Origin: Octopus vulgaris
Lineage: Eukaryota
DNA length: 64,000 nt
Reading direction: 5' to 3'
Assembly (NCBI GenBank): GCA_951406725.2
Contig: OX597833.1
Span: forward strand, 16,554,001-16,618,000
Part shown: positions 27,976 to 41,961 of the stretch, piece after piece
Position numbering within the stretch: the stretch's first letter is position 1
Layout: the number at the start of each line of letters is the position of its first letter
Translations under genes and position numbers: made by a program
The notes under the pieces: generated by a model
Told to the model about the DNA's origin: nothing
Databases searched by the model: none
Seen by the model: the letters and a program-made list of their open reading frames with translations, nothing else

Positions 27976-28180
27976 CAAAATGTGACCTCGGGTGTACCGT
28001 TGGCGATTTTTTCCCTCTGTCTTCCCTTCTCCGGATCTTTCCTTCTCCTATGTTTCCGACGAAGATCTCCGTTCGAAACGTTAAACCCTCCTCCTTTCCT
28101 TCTTTCCTAAGCGTCCAATAATACCATATTTGCTCCACGTCCTTGCGTTGTTGTATTTTTTTGTGCTTTCCTGTTTGGAT

Positions 28181-28185
<5 letters not shown>
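27976..28185 (+). mobile_element. Short insert between (TA)n tracts with a hammerhead-like motif
   Basis: GTTT-CCGACGA-A-GATCtccGTTC-GAAACGTT-AAAC at 28052-28086. Confidence 0.55.
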
Positions 28186-28238
<53 letters not shown>

Positions 28239-28852
28239 TACAGATATAGGGTGAAATATGATTACTTTAATAAAATCAACAAATTTCATTAGTAGTATTT
28301 CGGTATAAAAAAAGACCATATTCGGTGAAAAACTTATATAATTATAATAATAAGGATTTTTGCAACAAGTTGCTTGACCACATACCGAAAATTTTAGAAA
28401 TAGCAGCCTATATAGTAGTAGGTTTGCCTTTTTATTGTCTTCAAAAGGAGACCACCGTTCTTCTCGAAGAACGACTTCATGGCTTTGAAGTCGCCATGCT
28501 CAAAGCAGAAAATGGCTAGGAAAGCCGAAGACGAATTTACAAAATGGGGAAACACGCCACACAAAGGCAGGTTTCCCGTGCAAAGAATTTGCGCAACCGA
28601 ATGTATTTATTAGTTGTTGCACCACCAACACCACCAAGTTTCCGTGTGTCGGCGTCCAGGCTCACACATGCACCTGTGAAGCGTTGTCAAGGAGACCACC
28701 GTTCTTCTCAAAAACATTTTAAACTTCGTATACTTGTAGAATGTGTCAAAATAAAACATTTTTTTCTCTTTGCTTTATTCAGAAAATTCTAGGGTTTGTA
28801 AGATATTTGCCGTTTTTTCTTCTGCAATTTCAACTAATCAATGACGTCTATT

Positions 28853-29470
28853 GTGCAACAACTAATAAATACATTCGGTTGCGCAAATTCTTTGCACGGG
28901 AAACCTGCCTTTGTGTGGCGTGTTTCCCCATTTTGTAAATTCGTCTTCGGCTTTCCTAGCCATTTTCTGCTTTGAGCATGGCGACTTCAAAGCCATGAAG
29001 TCGTTCTTCGAGAAGAACGGTGGTCTCCTTGACAACGCTTACGACGTTGATTTTCCTCCCTCCCCTTCCCCACTGCTTCACGAGGGAGGGAAAGAAGGGG
29101 AGGATCGAGACAGGTGCAGGTGCGAGCATGGACGCCGACACACGAAGAATTGGAAGAACCCAGACGACTGCTTCACAGTCAACGACTACTACGGACAACT
29201 CTGCCACGACCACCACCAACTATGGCGAAAGAATGTATCTGGTGGACGCATCTGAAAGGATTGGAGACAAACACTTCCCTCTCTGGTCAACCTCTCATCA
29301 ACTTCTTCAAGTATCACTTGAAGAGGAAAGTGAGAGTAAAGATGCAAGTTTTGTCTAGCGAATGTTTAAAAAAAAAGATGGGTGAATGTAGCAAGGATGG
29401 CACGTATGAATGACGAAGCCACCTTGAGCATGATCCTATGAACGAAAAAAAGAAAGGAAAAAGAGAGACA
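28853..29470 (+). mobile_element. Internally deleted L1/Tx1-like LINE derivative
   Basis: The 3' part reads MAKECIWWTHLKGLETNTSLSGQPLINFFKYHLKRKVRV...RWVNVARMARMNDEATLSMIL*, which looks like the end of a Tx1-like ORF2. Related copies lie at 33582-35628. Confidence 0.6.
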
Positions 29471-29650
29471 TTTACTGTAATGTGCTTTTTGTATGACATT
29501 TCTGCGAAATTGGTTGGGTTCCGTCTACCAAATCCACTCACAAGGCTTTGGTCGGCCAGAGGTTATAGTAGAAGATACTATACGCCGTGGTACTGAACCC
29601 GGAACCTTGTGGTTGGTAAGCAAGCTACTTACCACACAGCCACTCCTGCA

Positions 29651-30272
<622 letters not shown>

Positions 30273-30689
30273 ACGTATGTATTTATGTTGCAATGAAATA
30301 CTACATATTAAGCGTTTAAATCTCAGCCGCCGCCAGTGAGTATATTAACAGCGGACAATTAGTAATGAATTAAATAGACCAGACGACAGTCCAAAACGGC
30401 GGCTGTATTTGTTTCCATAATTCCCTGAAGACGGCGCGAGATTGATCACCTGGACAATGGTTTCAAACCTCATTACTATTTTATCAGTAACCGCTTGCCT
30501 TCGTCTTTCTTAGTACACGGCTCAATTGTATCGATTGCCGCTATTAATGAGGGCCTTGTTAAAGTGCATACACAGATTTGCTTGTCTGACATGTTATTGA
30601 TGGTTAGTTCAGTTAAACAAACAATTGGGTTTCTGTTTTATGCATTATAAATGAACACTGCATGTGTGTCGGTAATTTATATCTAAGAA

Positions 30690-31022
30690 ATGCATATCTA
30701 TAGGAATATATGCATGAATGTGTATGTGCGTATTAGCGTGTCTGTATGAATGTATGTGTGTGTGTGTGCATGTGTGCATACATGCATACATACATACACA
30801 CATACATACATACAAACATGCATGCATACAAACATACCTACATACACATAAACATATACATACACACAGATATACATATATATATACACCTAATGAGATA
30901 CTTATATATATACATATACATATATATCTATATGTATGTATACGCACACGTTTATGTATGTATATATGAGTATATATGTACATACACATAGAAATATTTA
31001 AATGTGTGTATATTTGCGTATA

Positions 31023-31063
<41 letters not shown>

Positions 31064-31735
31064 CTATAAATATGCATATACGTGTATGTATGTATGTATA
31101 TATGTATATATGCGTGTGTGCATATGTATATATGTGAGTGTCTGTGTATGTATGTATGTATGTATGTATGCACGTACGTACGTAATATGTATGTATGCCT
31201 GTATGTACGTCTACATACGGAATATTCTTATTGAAGCGTGTATGTATGCTTAAGTACGAATGTGTTGATGTGTGTGCGTGTGTGTGTGTATACATGCATA
31301 TGTGAACGAATGTTCATTTACACAAAGAAGTACGCATGCACATCAAGGCAATTTATACATGCCCTCTACACATATACACACATACATCACACACATTTAT
31401 ATTCACAGGTACTTCAACACATTCGTACTTAAGCATACATCCATACACACACACATACATACATACATACACACATACATACATACATACATACATACAT
31501 ACACACATGCATACACATGTATATACATACATACATAATACATACATACACGTAGACATACATACTACGTACGTACAGGCATACATACATACATACACAC
31601 ACATGCATACATACACACATGCATACACACATACATACATACATACATACGTACAGGCACACAGGCATACATACATACATACATACATATATATACATAT
31701 ATATATACTACGTACTTACATACATACTTATATAA
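30690..31735. repeat. Degenerate TA/CA/CATA low-complexity tract
   Basis: Read directly from the sequence. Confidence 0.9.
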
Positions 31736-31739
31736 TGCA

Positions 31740-32132
31740 CTAGCAGTATCGCCCGGCGTTGCTCGGGTTTGTAAGGGAAATAACTATATAAGCATTTTTA
31801 GAGAGTTATAGCCAAAAAATAGCAAAAAAAATGCATTAAAAATTGAAAAAAAATTAAGGTAAATTTTTAAATCGTTGACACATCGTAGATATTTTTAGAG
31901 AGTTACTTCTCTTATATAAAAGCGAAAAAAATACATTAAAATGGAAAAATATGATGGTAAATTTTTTTTAAATCGTAGACTCATCGTAGACGCGCGCTAA
32001 AACCCAGAAGGGCTCGATATGAATCACGACTATAAGATACCCGCTTTTGGTTAAACTGCACCGCAAAATGTGGGAGTAATTACGAATGTAAATCGAAGGG
32101 GACAGACACACAACTTCACTCTTATATAAAGA
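31740..32132 (-). mobile_element. Non-autonomous Helitron, complete
   Basis: 5' A|TC and 3' hairpin plus CTAG|T (AT target, no TSD). Paralog at 47410-47795. Confidence 0.88.
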
Positions 32133-33199
32133 TGCTTTTTTTTTCAGTCATAGAGTTAGATTTATGAAGGTCTTCAGTAGAAAATCCTTCGAATTCTGAC
32201 TCGCTGCTTGATATAATGAAATTCGTATCCATTTTTTGTCAGAATTACAAATTTTGAAAACACAATAGGAACAAATTTCGGAAAAAAATCTCCCATAATT
32301 CACGGAATTAAAATTACACTTCGATTTTTGTACAAAACTGTATTTGAAGTGTTTACGAAGTATAATACGTGTTTTTTGACGAATGTACTAAAGAGATTTA
32401 CTCTGATATTCTCATTTAAATATGAATAGGTAAATTCGGGCGGTTTGGTAACGAAAGGGTTTATATAAGTGTCGTCTGTTTATACATAAACACTGTTTCA
32501 TAGTTTCAGTTTAGTCTTCCTCAAATCACTGTCGCTAATTTACTCTCTTCCAAGAACATTTTCACTCACTGTTATCTGTTAGCTTCCCATACATTTTACT
32601 CATGTATCTATCAGCGTGATAGACAGAAACAAATATTACATTTACTTTCATTTTATTCGTTGCCCACTGTGTGTGTGCGTTTGCGTGTGGTGTAAACCAG
32701 ACTAAGAAAAGCATTTGACACACACACCAGAATGTGAGTTTTCTGTAAATTTTGCTTAATTGGAGTTTAAATTTTAAAAACTGGACCTGGCATGAAGCGA
32801 TGCATTGTACTCTTAAAACTGCTAGGTAAATTGTAATTGAAGAAATCCTATATTGTAGATTTCTATAACTCCCAAAGGGAGGCAGATAAAATCTGCCTTT
32901 TATAATAAGAGATACATTCATAAACATGCATATATGTATACAAACACGCATACATACAAAGATACACGTATACATACATACTACATACGTACGTACATGC
33001 ATACATACATACACACACGCATACATACACACATGCATACATACATACATACACACATACATACATAGTCACATGCATACATACATAATACTTACATAAT
33101 ACATACATACATACATACATACATACATACATGCATACATACCTACATACATACATACATACATACATGCAGACATACATACACACATGCATGCATACA

Positions 33200-35626
33200 T
33201 ACACCACCACCATCACCACGACGACATACTCCACCACCACCACCATTACCACTACCACCATGAACACCACAACCATCACCACTACCACCACGACCAACAC
33301 CACCACCACCACCACCACCACCACCACCACCACCAGCACCACCCACCACCACCACCACCACCACCACCACCACCACCACCATCACCACCACCACCACCAC
33401 CACCACCACCAGCACCACCACCGTCAACGCCGCTGCCACTACCACCTCCGCCACCACCACCACCACCATACTATACCTCTGCTCTCTCCTTTTGACTATT
33501 AAATCTATTACCATATTTCACAAGTACCATCGCCATACAATATTGTCTTCAAAAGTTTGTGTTTGGATAATATTTTTTATGTAAAAGTTGTGCAACAACT
33601 AAAACATTCGGTTGTGCAAATTCTTTGCACGGGAAACCTTCCCTGTGTGGCGTGTTTCCCGATTTTGTAGAATTTGCTTTCGGCTTTCTTAACCATTTCT
33701 TAACCATGAAGTCGTTGTTCTAAAAGAAGGCTGGTCTCCTTGACAACGCTTACGACGTTGATTTCCCTACCCCACAGCTTTTTGAAGGGGGGAAGGAGGG
33801 GAGGTGCAACACAGGTGCAGGTGTGAGCATGGACGCCAACTCCGCCACCGATACACGATGAATTGGAAGAATCCAGACGACAGCTTCACAGTCAAAGGTC
33901 AACTCTGCCACAAACACCACCACCATCACCACCACCATCACCACGACGACGACGACCACCACCACCACCACCACAACTACCACCATAACCACCACCACCA
34001 CCATGACCACGACCACGACCACCATCACCACTACCACCATAACCACCACCACCACCACCACCACCACCACCACCACCACCACCACCACTACCACTACCAC
34101 CATGACCACCACCACCATCACCACTACTACCACCATAACCACCACCACCACCACCACCACCGCCGCTGCCCCTACCACCCCCGCCGCCACCACCACCACC
34201 ACCACCACCACTACCACTACCACCACCACCACCACTACCACTACCACCATAACCACCACCACCATCACCTCTACCACCATAACCACCACCACTACCACCA
34301 CCACCACCACCACAAGAACCACCATCACCACCACCACCAGCACCACCACGGTCACCGCCGCTGCTACTACCACCTTTGCCACCACCACCACCACCATCAC
34401 CACTACCACCATAACCACCACCATCACCACCACTACCACCATAACCACCACCACCACCATCACCACCACCACCATAACCACCACCACCATCACCACTACC
34501 ACCATAACCACCACCACCATCACCACTACCACCATAACCACCACCACCACTATCACCATGACCACCACCACCACCACCACCGCCGCCGCCGCCGCCGCCA
34601 CCATCACTGTCACTACTACCTCCGCCGTCGCTATTTCCACCGCCGCCTAAACCAACACCACCATACTATACCGCTGCTCTCTCCTTTTGACTATTAAATC
34701 TATTACCATATTTCACAAGTACCATCGCCATACAATATTGTCTTCAAAATTTGTGTTTGGATAATATTTTTTATGTAAAAGTTGTGCAACAACTAAAACA
34801 TTCGGTTGTGCAAATTCTTTGCACGGGAAACCTTCCCTGTGTGGCGTGTTTCCCGATTTTGTAGAATTTGCTTTCGGCTTTCTTAGCCATTTTTGTTTTG
34901 GCGTCTTCAAGCCATAAAGTCGTTGTTCTAAAAGAAGGCTGGTCTCCTTGACAACGCTTACGACGTTGATTTCCCTACTCTGCCTTCCCCACAGCTTCAT
35001 GAAGAAGGGAGGAAGGGGGGAGCAACACAGGTGCAGGTGTGAGCATGGACGCCAACTCCGCCACCGACACACGAAGAATTGGAAGAAGCCAGACGACAGC
35101 TTCACAGTCAAAGGACAACTCTGCCACAAACCCCACCACCATCACCACCACCACCATCACCACCACTTTACCACCACCATCACCACCACCGCCACCACCA
35201 CCACCACCTTACCACCATCACCACCATGGCCACCATCACCACGACGACCAACACCACCGCCAGCACCACCACCACCATCACCACTACCACCATGACCACC
35301 ACCACGTATAAATGATGACGCCACCTTGAACATGATCTAATGAACCGTAAAAAAATTAAATACAGAGTTACTTATTCGTAAATATAAATTAATATGTGAC
35401 GTAATTGCCCGAGGTTACTGTGGTCTTCCGTAGGTTTTTCTTTCCAGAGACATACCTCCCCATTTCTTGGGAACTTTTTGTACTGTTTCGACATATTTTG
35501 CTTATATTCCCAACGATTTGGATCCATTTTGATCGTTGTCCTCCCCCTTTTTTCGCGCCCCTCGAAAAGAAAAGCTCTACATTGTAATTGCCCCTCAGTC
35601 TTTAGCCCTGTGTGGCTAATAAAGAA

Positions 35627-35628
<2 letters not shown>
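33200..35628 (+). mobile_element. Tandemly duplicated Tx1-like derivative with expanded (CAC)n, ending in a LINE 3' UTR with AATAAA
   Basis: A ~450-bp unique block repeats at ~33465-33915 and ~34660-35130 (period ~1195). ORF2-end sequence at ~35305-35345; AATAAA at 35618-35623. Confidence 0.7.
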
Positions 35629-35703
<75 letters not shown>

Positions 35704-35840
35704 ATTTGTGTCTGCCTGTCTATCTGTCTGTCTGTCTGTCTATCTATCTTACTCTTTGTCCGCCTTTTTATCTGTCTAGTTATCTATCGATCGATCTATC
35801 GATCGATCTATCTAGCTATTTATCTATCTATTTATCTACC
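35628..35840. repeat. (TATC)n microsatellite
   Basis: Read directly from the sequence. Confidence 0.95.
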
Positions 35841-35841
35841 T

Positions 35842-36620
35842 ATCCCTTGGTTCCTCTGCCAACAGAGAAGCATTAGCATCGGTGAAGTACACTCTTTGAC
35901 TATTTTCCAGGTGCACTGCAAGCTGTTGAATGGCGGGGTGTCGTTGGTGAATTGGAAAGCCAAAGATGCTCCAGAAAGCCTCGTTGCTACTTATGTATCT
36001 GATAATGCGTCACCTCATCCTGGCAGTATTCTTGTTGAAGTCCAAACATTGCAGCGTCAGAACCCTTGTTTACATATTTGCAAACGTACTTGATGGATTT
36101 AACGGAGTTGCAAAACTCAACGTTGATGTGGGCATTGAAAGTCTTTGACAGGAGTGGGCAGTATGGAACAATCCATCCATTATCAATATCGTGCTGTCCG
36201 ATAGTTGCTGTGAAACCTCCGTCTTCTGGTTTTCTGCGTCTGTATGATGGATACCCATCAGCACCTGTCTGAGTTTCTTGTAGGAACCTCCTTGGAAATC
36301 TTTTTGAATATATGCTGTCCTTCAAGCATGGTGTGTTTATGTTGAATCCACGCCCACATGGACCATGTATCATGTTTGCTTTAACTATTTCGTATAGTTC
36401 TTTGTCTAAAGCTGGATCAGGAAGCTCTGCAGAGATTATCTTGTCGATGTCATTGGAACTGATCTTCGCTGAGAGTCAAAGCAGGATATGAGCATGTGGA
36501 AGGCCCCTTTTTTGCCACTCGATTGTGTACATGTCACATTGTATGGGCCCAAAGACTTGCCCTTTTTGTATGAGTTCCATGAGAGAGATTAACTTCAGAT
36601 GGAAAACTCGGGCGTTGAGA
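35842..36620 (-). pseudogene. Helitron Rep (HUH endonuclease) fragment
   Basis: ARVFHLKL...YTIEWQKRGLPHAHILL (motif 2), MIHGPCG, DGYPSYRRR, KYVCKYVNKG (motif 3), then RYISSNEAFWSIFGFPIH...LAVHLENSQRVYF. One TGA at 36476-36478 and one frameshift near 36000. Confidence 0.93.
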
Positions 36621-37699
36621 TTCCGGTTCGAATGTAAGGCAGGTTTGAAAGTGTTCCCAACAGTTATTAGTTGTAGTGGTAGAGTGTTTATGCCGAATAT
36701 GTACGTATGCATGTATATATATATGTATGCCTGTATATATGTACAAAATCCACTGAGAAGGCTTTTGTTGGTCTGAGGCTACAGCAGAAGACACATGCCA
36801 AGTTACCACACACTGGGACTGAACCCAGGACCATGTGTTTTGAACGTAGTTTGTTACCACACAGCCACACCTGCCCCTATGTATGTGTGTGTGTGCGTGC
36901 GTATGTGTGTATGGGTAGATATATTATGCATGTATATATGTGTATATATATGTGTACATATTACATGTACATCTATATATAGACATCTACACATAAAATA
37001 CAAAATACAAAGTTATATTTTGATATCGCTAGTGATAACAATACTCAAAATATATAACAGACTGGAATTGTAGGCCCGTCTCTTGCAATTTCGATCAATT
37101 GGATCTTGTACTCCCTCTTGTATAAAAGTGTACGGCTGCAGCGAAATTCATTTTTGGACTTTCTTCTATCGAAGGCATTTTAACAAAAATGCTTCCGTAA
37201 AGACGGTGAAAATATTGTCAATTTTCCCAAACAGGGACACAATTCAATTTTTAAACAATAACCAAAGCCCCTTCTCCGAAAGGGGGAGGGTTACGGTTTA
37301 CAATTATTTAACAAATGCAACACAACAACGTTTCCCTGACGAGGAACCAACAAACGTGATTACAATAGTCAAACAGTAATAATAATAACAACAAACCTTT
37401 TTGATGTATCCCCATTTATGTGAAACCACTTATTCAAGTTCAAGTCATTGATGTAATTTTATACGAATTGCTAATACACACACACACACACATAATAAGG
37501 GTGAAAAATTAAATATTAATTTGATTAATATGAATTGAAAACCAGTGGTGTAGCATATAAGACCATAGCGATCTTCTTCTAGCAAAAAGGATGACCACTA
37601 TTAATGGTTCATCCCTGTTATATAATACTTTCATTTTAATAGTTTCAGTATTAAAATGAAAGTGTCTGCATTACAATAGAGAGGTTTTTGTTTCACTTT

Positions 37700-37911
37700 T
37701 AACATGTAATACTGAAATAGTGGAGAAGATATGATATTGCTGTGGGGTCACCCTAGGGAAAAAGTTAACATTTTTTTGCCTATGACACTCCCCGGACCTT
37801 AAGTAAGGCATGTGTAAAATTTGAATGAAATTGGTGGTGTAGTTCTCAAGTTTTAGGGAAACTCACAGACAGACAGACAGACACACATTCTCAGTTTTAT
37901 ATATATATAGA
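37700..37911 (-). mobile_element. 5' part of a non-autonomous Helitron
   Basis: A|TCTATATATATATAAAACTGAGAATGTGTGTCTGTCTG start, with the same architecture as the other copies. Confidence 0.6.
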
Positions 37912-38365
37912 TATATATGTCTCTATGTATCACCACCGTATATATTTGCATCTAATAATATTTCGGTTGCTATATTTTAGAAAGATGGCGAAATAAATAC
38001 AACGCATACAGTTTTAAAGGCCGCACAGTTTGATAATAATAAGCGATTGTTATACGAAGAAACTGAGAACTAATTTTGTAATTTTAATTATGGATTAGAG
38101 ATATATTTATAGATAAAATCGCATTTCAAATTTGAATGAGGTTTTGTTTTAAAAATAAAGAGCGAAGGAAGTTTACATTGACTCAGACAAACTTAGCTTT
38201 ACGTAGAACGATTAACACACAAACGCATATTATTTCATAAACAACTTTGAAACGTGAGCTACCATAGGTTTCATTCTTTTGGAGTACAGTAATCAGCGGA
38301 GCTGATTACAAAACAGCGAATGGTATGGCTTTTCGGTATTTTCCAAAACTTCATTCAATCGATTT

Positions 38366-38805
38366 GTAATGTTTTTTTGCCACTACAATATGGCGGTTCC
38401 GTACGGAACGGCGTTATTACTATTTCTTCAACCTCCAAGAGAACTTTTTCCCCAGCAGGTTAACGACATAACCTGCGTCCGATATATTACAAGTAGGAGA
38501 ACGAATCTTGTTACAAGATCAGCGGCTGAATGTCGCTTATTTTTCTATATATTGCGAGCTAGGGCGAATGACTGCCATCTCTAGCGTACAGGTGTCCAGT
38601 ACCGAGGAAAAGTAAATACCCTGGAACCAAGCTGGTCTACCTCTCCTGTCAAATTGCTAGATGGTAGGGGTTCGCTCCCCTGGTTGCGATATATCGGACA
38701 CAGATTGTCGTTAACCAGCTGGAGAAAAACTTCTCCTGGGATTATAAAATAGTAGTAACGTCGTTCCGTACGGAACAGCCATGTTGAAATGGCAACAGAC
38801 ATTAC
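38366..38805. mobile_element. Old MITE/fold-back element with ~140-bp imperfect inverted repeats
   Basis: GTAATG...ATGGCGGTTCCGTACGGAACGGCGTTATTACTATTT...GGTTAACGACA...TCCGATATAT is mirrored at ~38665-38805. Confidence 0.8.
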
Positions 38806-38886
38806 TTTTCAGCAGAGTTACTGCTTGCATCTCTTATGGGAGATTTTAGAACGAGCTACTTTGCTTGGTATTATTAGAGTTATCTT

Positions 38887-39490
38887 TAAGGCAGCGAGCT
38901 GGCAGAATCCTTAGCACCGGGCAAAATGTTTACCGTAATTTCGTCCGTCTTTACGTTCTGAGTTCAAATTCCGCCGAGGTTAACTTTGCCTTTCATCCTT
39001 TCGGGGTCGATAAATTAAGTACCAGTTACGCACTGGGGTCGATATAATCGACTTAATCCCTTTGTCTGGCCTTGTTTGTCCTCTCTGTGTTTAGCCCCTT
39101 GTGGGTAGTAAAAAAATAGGTATTTCGTCTGCCGCTACGTTCTGAGTTCAAATTCCGCCGTGGTCGACTTTGCCTTTCGTCCTTTGGGGAGCGATAAATT
39201 AAGTACCATAGCGTACTGGGGTCGATCTAATCGACTGCCCCCCCTGCCCTCGCCCCAAATTTCGGGCCTTGTGTCTATAGTAGAAAAAGAATCGTTAACA
39301 CGCCTGGTGAAATGTTTACCGGCATTTCGTCCATCTTTACGTTCTGGGTTCAAATTCCGCCGTGGTCAACTTTGCCTTTCATCCTTTCGGGGTCGATAAA
39401 TTAAGTACCAGTAGTATACTGGGGTTGATCTAATCGACTGCCCACCTCCCCCAACTTCCAAGCATTGTGCCTATAATAGAAAAGATTATC
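38887..39490 (+). mobile_element. Family-B SINE trimer
   Basis: Three tandem units. Confidence 0.9.
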
Positions 39491-40194
39491 AGAGTTATCT
39501 CTCTTCCTTCTTTTTCCTTCCCACCCTTGATTGCGAGGGTGTTTTTGTATATGAATTGTATATATTATTCTAACCGAAATGTCGTCATCTTACCATACTA
39601 CGCATGTAAGATTCCCTACCAAATCTAACCTCATACCCAGTACACTAACACTTTGTTCTAGGAGAACTTCGAAACAGGCAATCATCTCAAGTTGAATTAT
39701 TACAAACTAATACTCTGTTGTAAATCTCATCTCAAGAGCTTTATCAGAGAGAAGCTACAACATTGCATCTGTATACGACAACCCTTGATCCTTCTCTTTC
39801 TTATAAGATCAGTTGCAGCCACCTACGATATCTAACCAGAAAAACATACGATGTATTTCTTATTTACTACAGAAATCCAGCTACCTTTTCCCAATCGTAA
39901 TACGTTTGTATTTTATTTTAAACTTTTCTCTAATGGGTGTTGGTGCTTTTAAGAGATTGTTTTTGCCATTTGTATATAATAAGTAGTTTTTCTCTCTTGT
40001 TTTTGTCATTGCTTTTTTTTCCTTTTTTTTTTCTCTCTCTCTCTCTCCTTTATGTTATCAGTATTTCCTCAAAGTCGTTATATATCTGGCTTCAAGGGCC
40101 CCAGTGTCTTGTAAACAAGGAGAAAAGGAATCTGCGTGGATGTCTTTCTTTGATCTTTCAGAAATACGTTAGCAGAAACAAAAAAAATGGTTAC

Positions 40195-40880
40195 AATGAT
40201 GGTGATGATGACGATGAAGAAAGCGGAAACGAAGAAGAAGAAGGAGGAGGAGGAGGAGGAGGAGAAGAAGAAGAAGAAGAAGAAGAAGAAGAAGAAAAAG
40301 AAGAAGAAGAAGAAGAAAGAAGGAAGAAGAAAGGAAGAAGAAAAGGAAGAAGAAAAGGAAGAAGAAAAAGAAGAAGAAGAAGAAGAAGAAAAGAAGAAGA
40401 AGAAGAAGAAGAATATGAAGAAGAAGAAAAGGAAGAAGAAGAAGAAGAAGAAGAAAAGGAAGAAGAAGAAAAGGAAGAAGAAGAAAAGGAAGAAGGTGAA
40501 GAAGAAAAAGAAGAAGAAAAGGAAGAAGAAGAAAAAGAAGAAAAAGAAGAAGAAGAAGAAGAAGAGGAAAAGGAAGAAAAAAGGAGGAAGAAAAGGAAGA
40601 AGAAAAGGAAGAAGAAGAAAAAGAAGAAGAAGAAGAAGAAGAAGAAAAGGAAGAAAAAAGGGGGAAGAAAAGGAAGAAGAAGAAAAGGAAGAAGAAGAAA
40701 AGGAAGAAGAAAACCCAAACAAACAAACAAATCAGAAGCAAAGAAGAGGGAAAAGAAGAAGCAGGTAAAGAACACACCACCACCACCACCACCACCACCA
40801 TCACCACCACCACCACCACCACCACCACCACCACCACAACCACCACCACCACCATCACCACCACCACCACCATCACCACC

Positions 40881-40912
<32 letters not shown>

Positions 40913-40945
40913 CAACACACAACAGCAGCAGCAGCAGCAGCATCA
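40195..40945. repeat. (GAA)-rich, then (CAC)/(CAA)/(CAG) microsatellites
   Basis: Explains the 356-aa low-complexity ORF. Confidence 0.95.
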
Positions 40946-41102
40946 TGCTGTTGATAATCAGACTCACCAAGCACCTGTTTATATATTTCATTACAAAGTA
41001 TTTTTGAAGATTGCACTATCTTGCCTACCTTAACACTAACCGTTAACTTCCTAGCTGTTTACTTTCTTCAGCAGTAATTTATTCATTCTTGCCATTTACC
41101 TT

Positions 41103-41134
<32 letters not shown>

Positions 41135-41255
41135 AGCCTGTTGACATATTTAACTTCTTTCCCAAATATCAATTTCTACTCCGAAAATACGTTAGATAAG
41201 CAAAAACATAACCTAAATTTTACTACAGGTTAAACAAATAATTCCTTTTTCGTCA

Positions 41256-41338
41256 TTTAGTCATTGGACTGTTTTAGTCATTGGACTGTTTTAGTCATTG
41301 GACTGTTTTAGTCATTGGACTGTTTTAGTCATTGGACT
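41256..41338. repeat. 17-bp tandem repeat GTTTTAGTCATTGGACT x5
   Basis: Runs directly into GCGGCCATGCTGG, so it is an amplified piece of a family-A SINE tail. Confidence 0.9.
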
Positions 41339-41431
41339 GCGGCCATGCTGGGGCATAACCTCAAAGGGTTTAGTTGAATGATTCGACCACTATAATTGTT
41401 TCTTTTTTTCCTTTTTATGCCTGGTACTATA

Positions 41432-41838
41432 GGGGTCGATAAATTAAGTACCAGTTACACACTGGGGTCGATGTAATCGACTTAATCCCTTTGTCTGTCC
41501 TTGTTTGTCTTCTCTATGTTTAGCCCCCCGTGGGCAGTAAAGAAATAAATATTGTTAAAGGCGGTGAGCTGGCAGAAACGTTAGCACGCCGGGCGAAATG
41601 CTTAGCGGTATTTCGTCTGCCGCTACGTTCTGAGTTCAAATTCCGCCGAGGTCGACTTTGCCTTTCATCCTTTCGGGGTCGATTAAATAAGTACCAGTTA
41701 CGCACTAGGGTCGATATAATCGACTTAATCCGCTTGTCTGTCCTTGTTTGTCCTCTCTGTGTTTAGCCCCTTATGGGTAGTGAAGAAATAGGTATTGCGT
41801 CTGACGCTACGTTCTGAGTTCAAATTCCGCCGAGGTCA
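41432..41838 (+). mobile_element. Family-B SINE pieces
   Basis: Full head at 41558, with partial units on either side. Confidence 0.85.
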
Positions 41839-41961
41839 GTGCGGATGTGACAAACAGAAACACAAAGATACACACACATATATGATAGGCTTCCACACAG
41901 TTTCCGTATACTAAATTCTCTTACAAGTCATTGGCCGGCTCAGGACTATAGTGTCAAATTT

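Noticed and set aside
30424-30510. CTGAAGA here and CTGACGA at 37335 as hammerheads
   Set aside because: No properly placed stem II plus GAAA.
33750-34697. His-, Thr- and Val-rich ORFs resembling mucin or His-rich proteins
   Set aside because: A (CAC)n expansion inside a repeated transposon derivative.
39937-41007. 356-aa E/K/P-rich ORF
   Set aside because: Built from GAA and CAC repeats, and open in several frames and on both strands.
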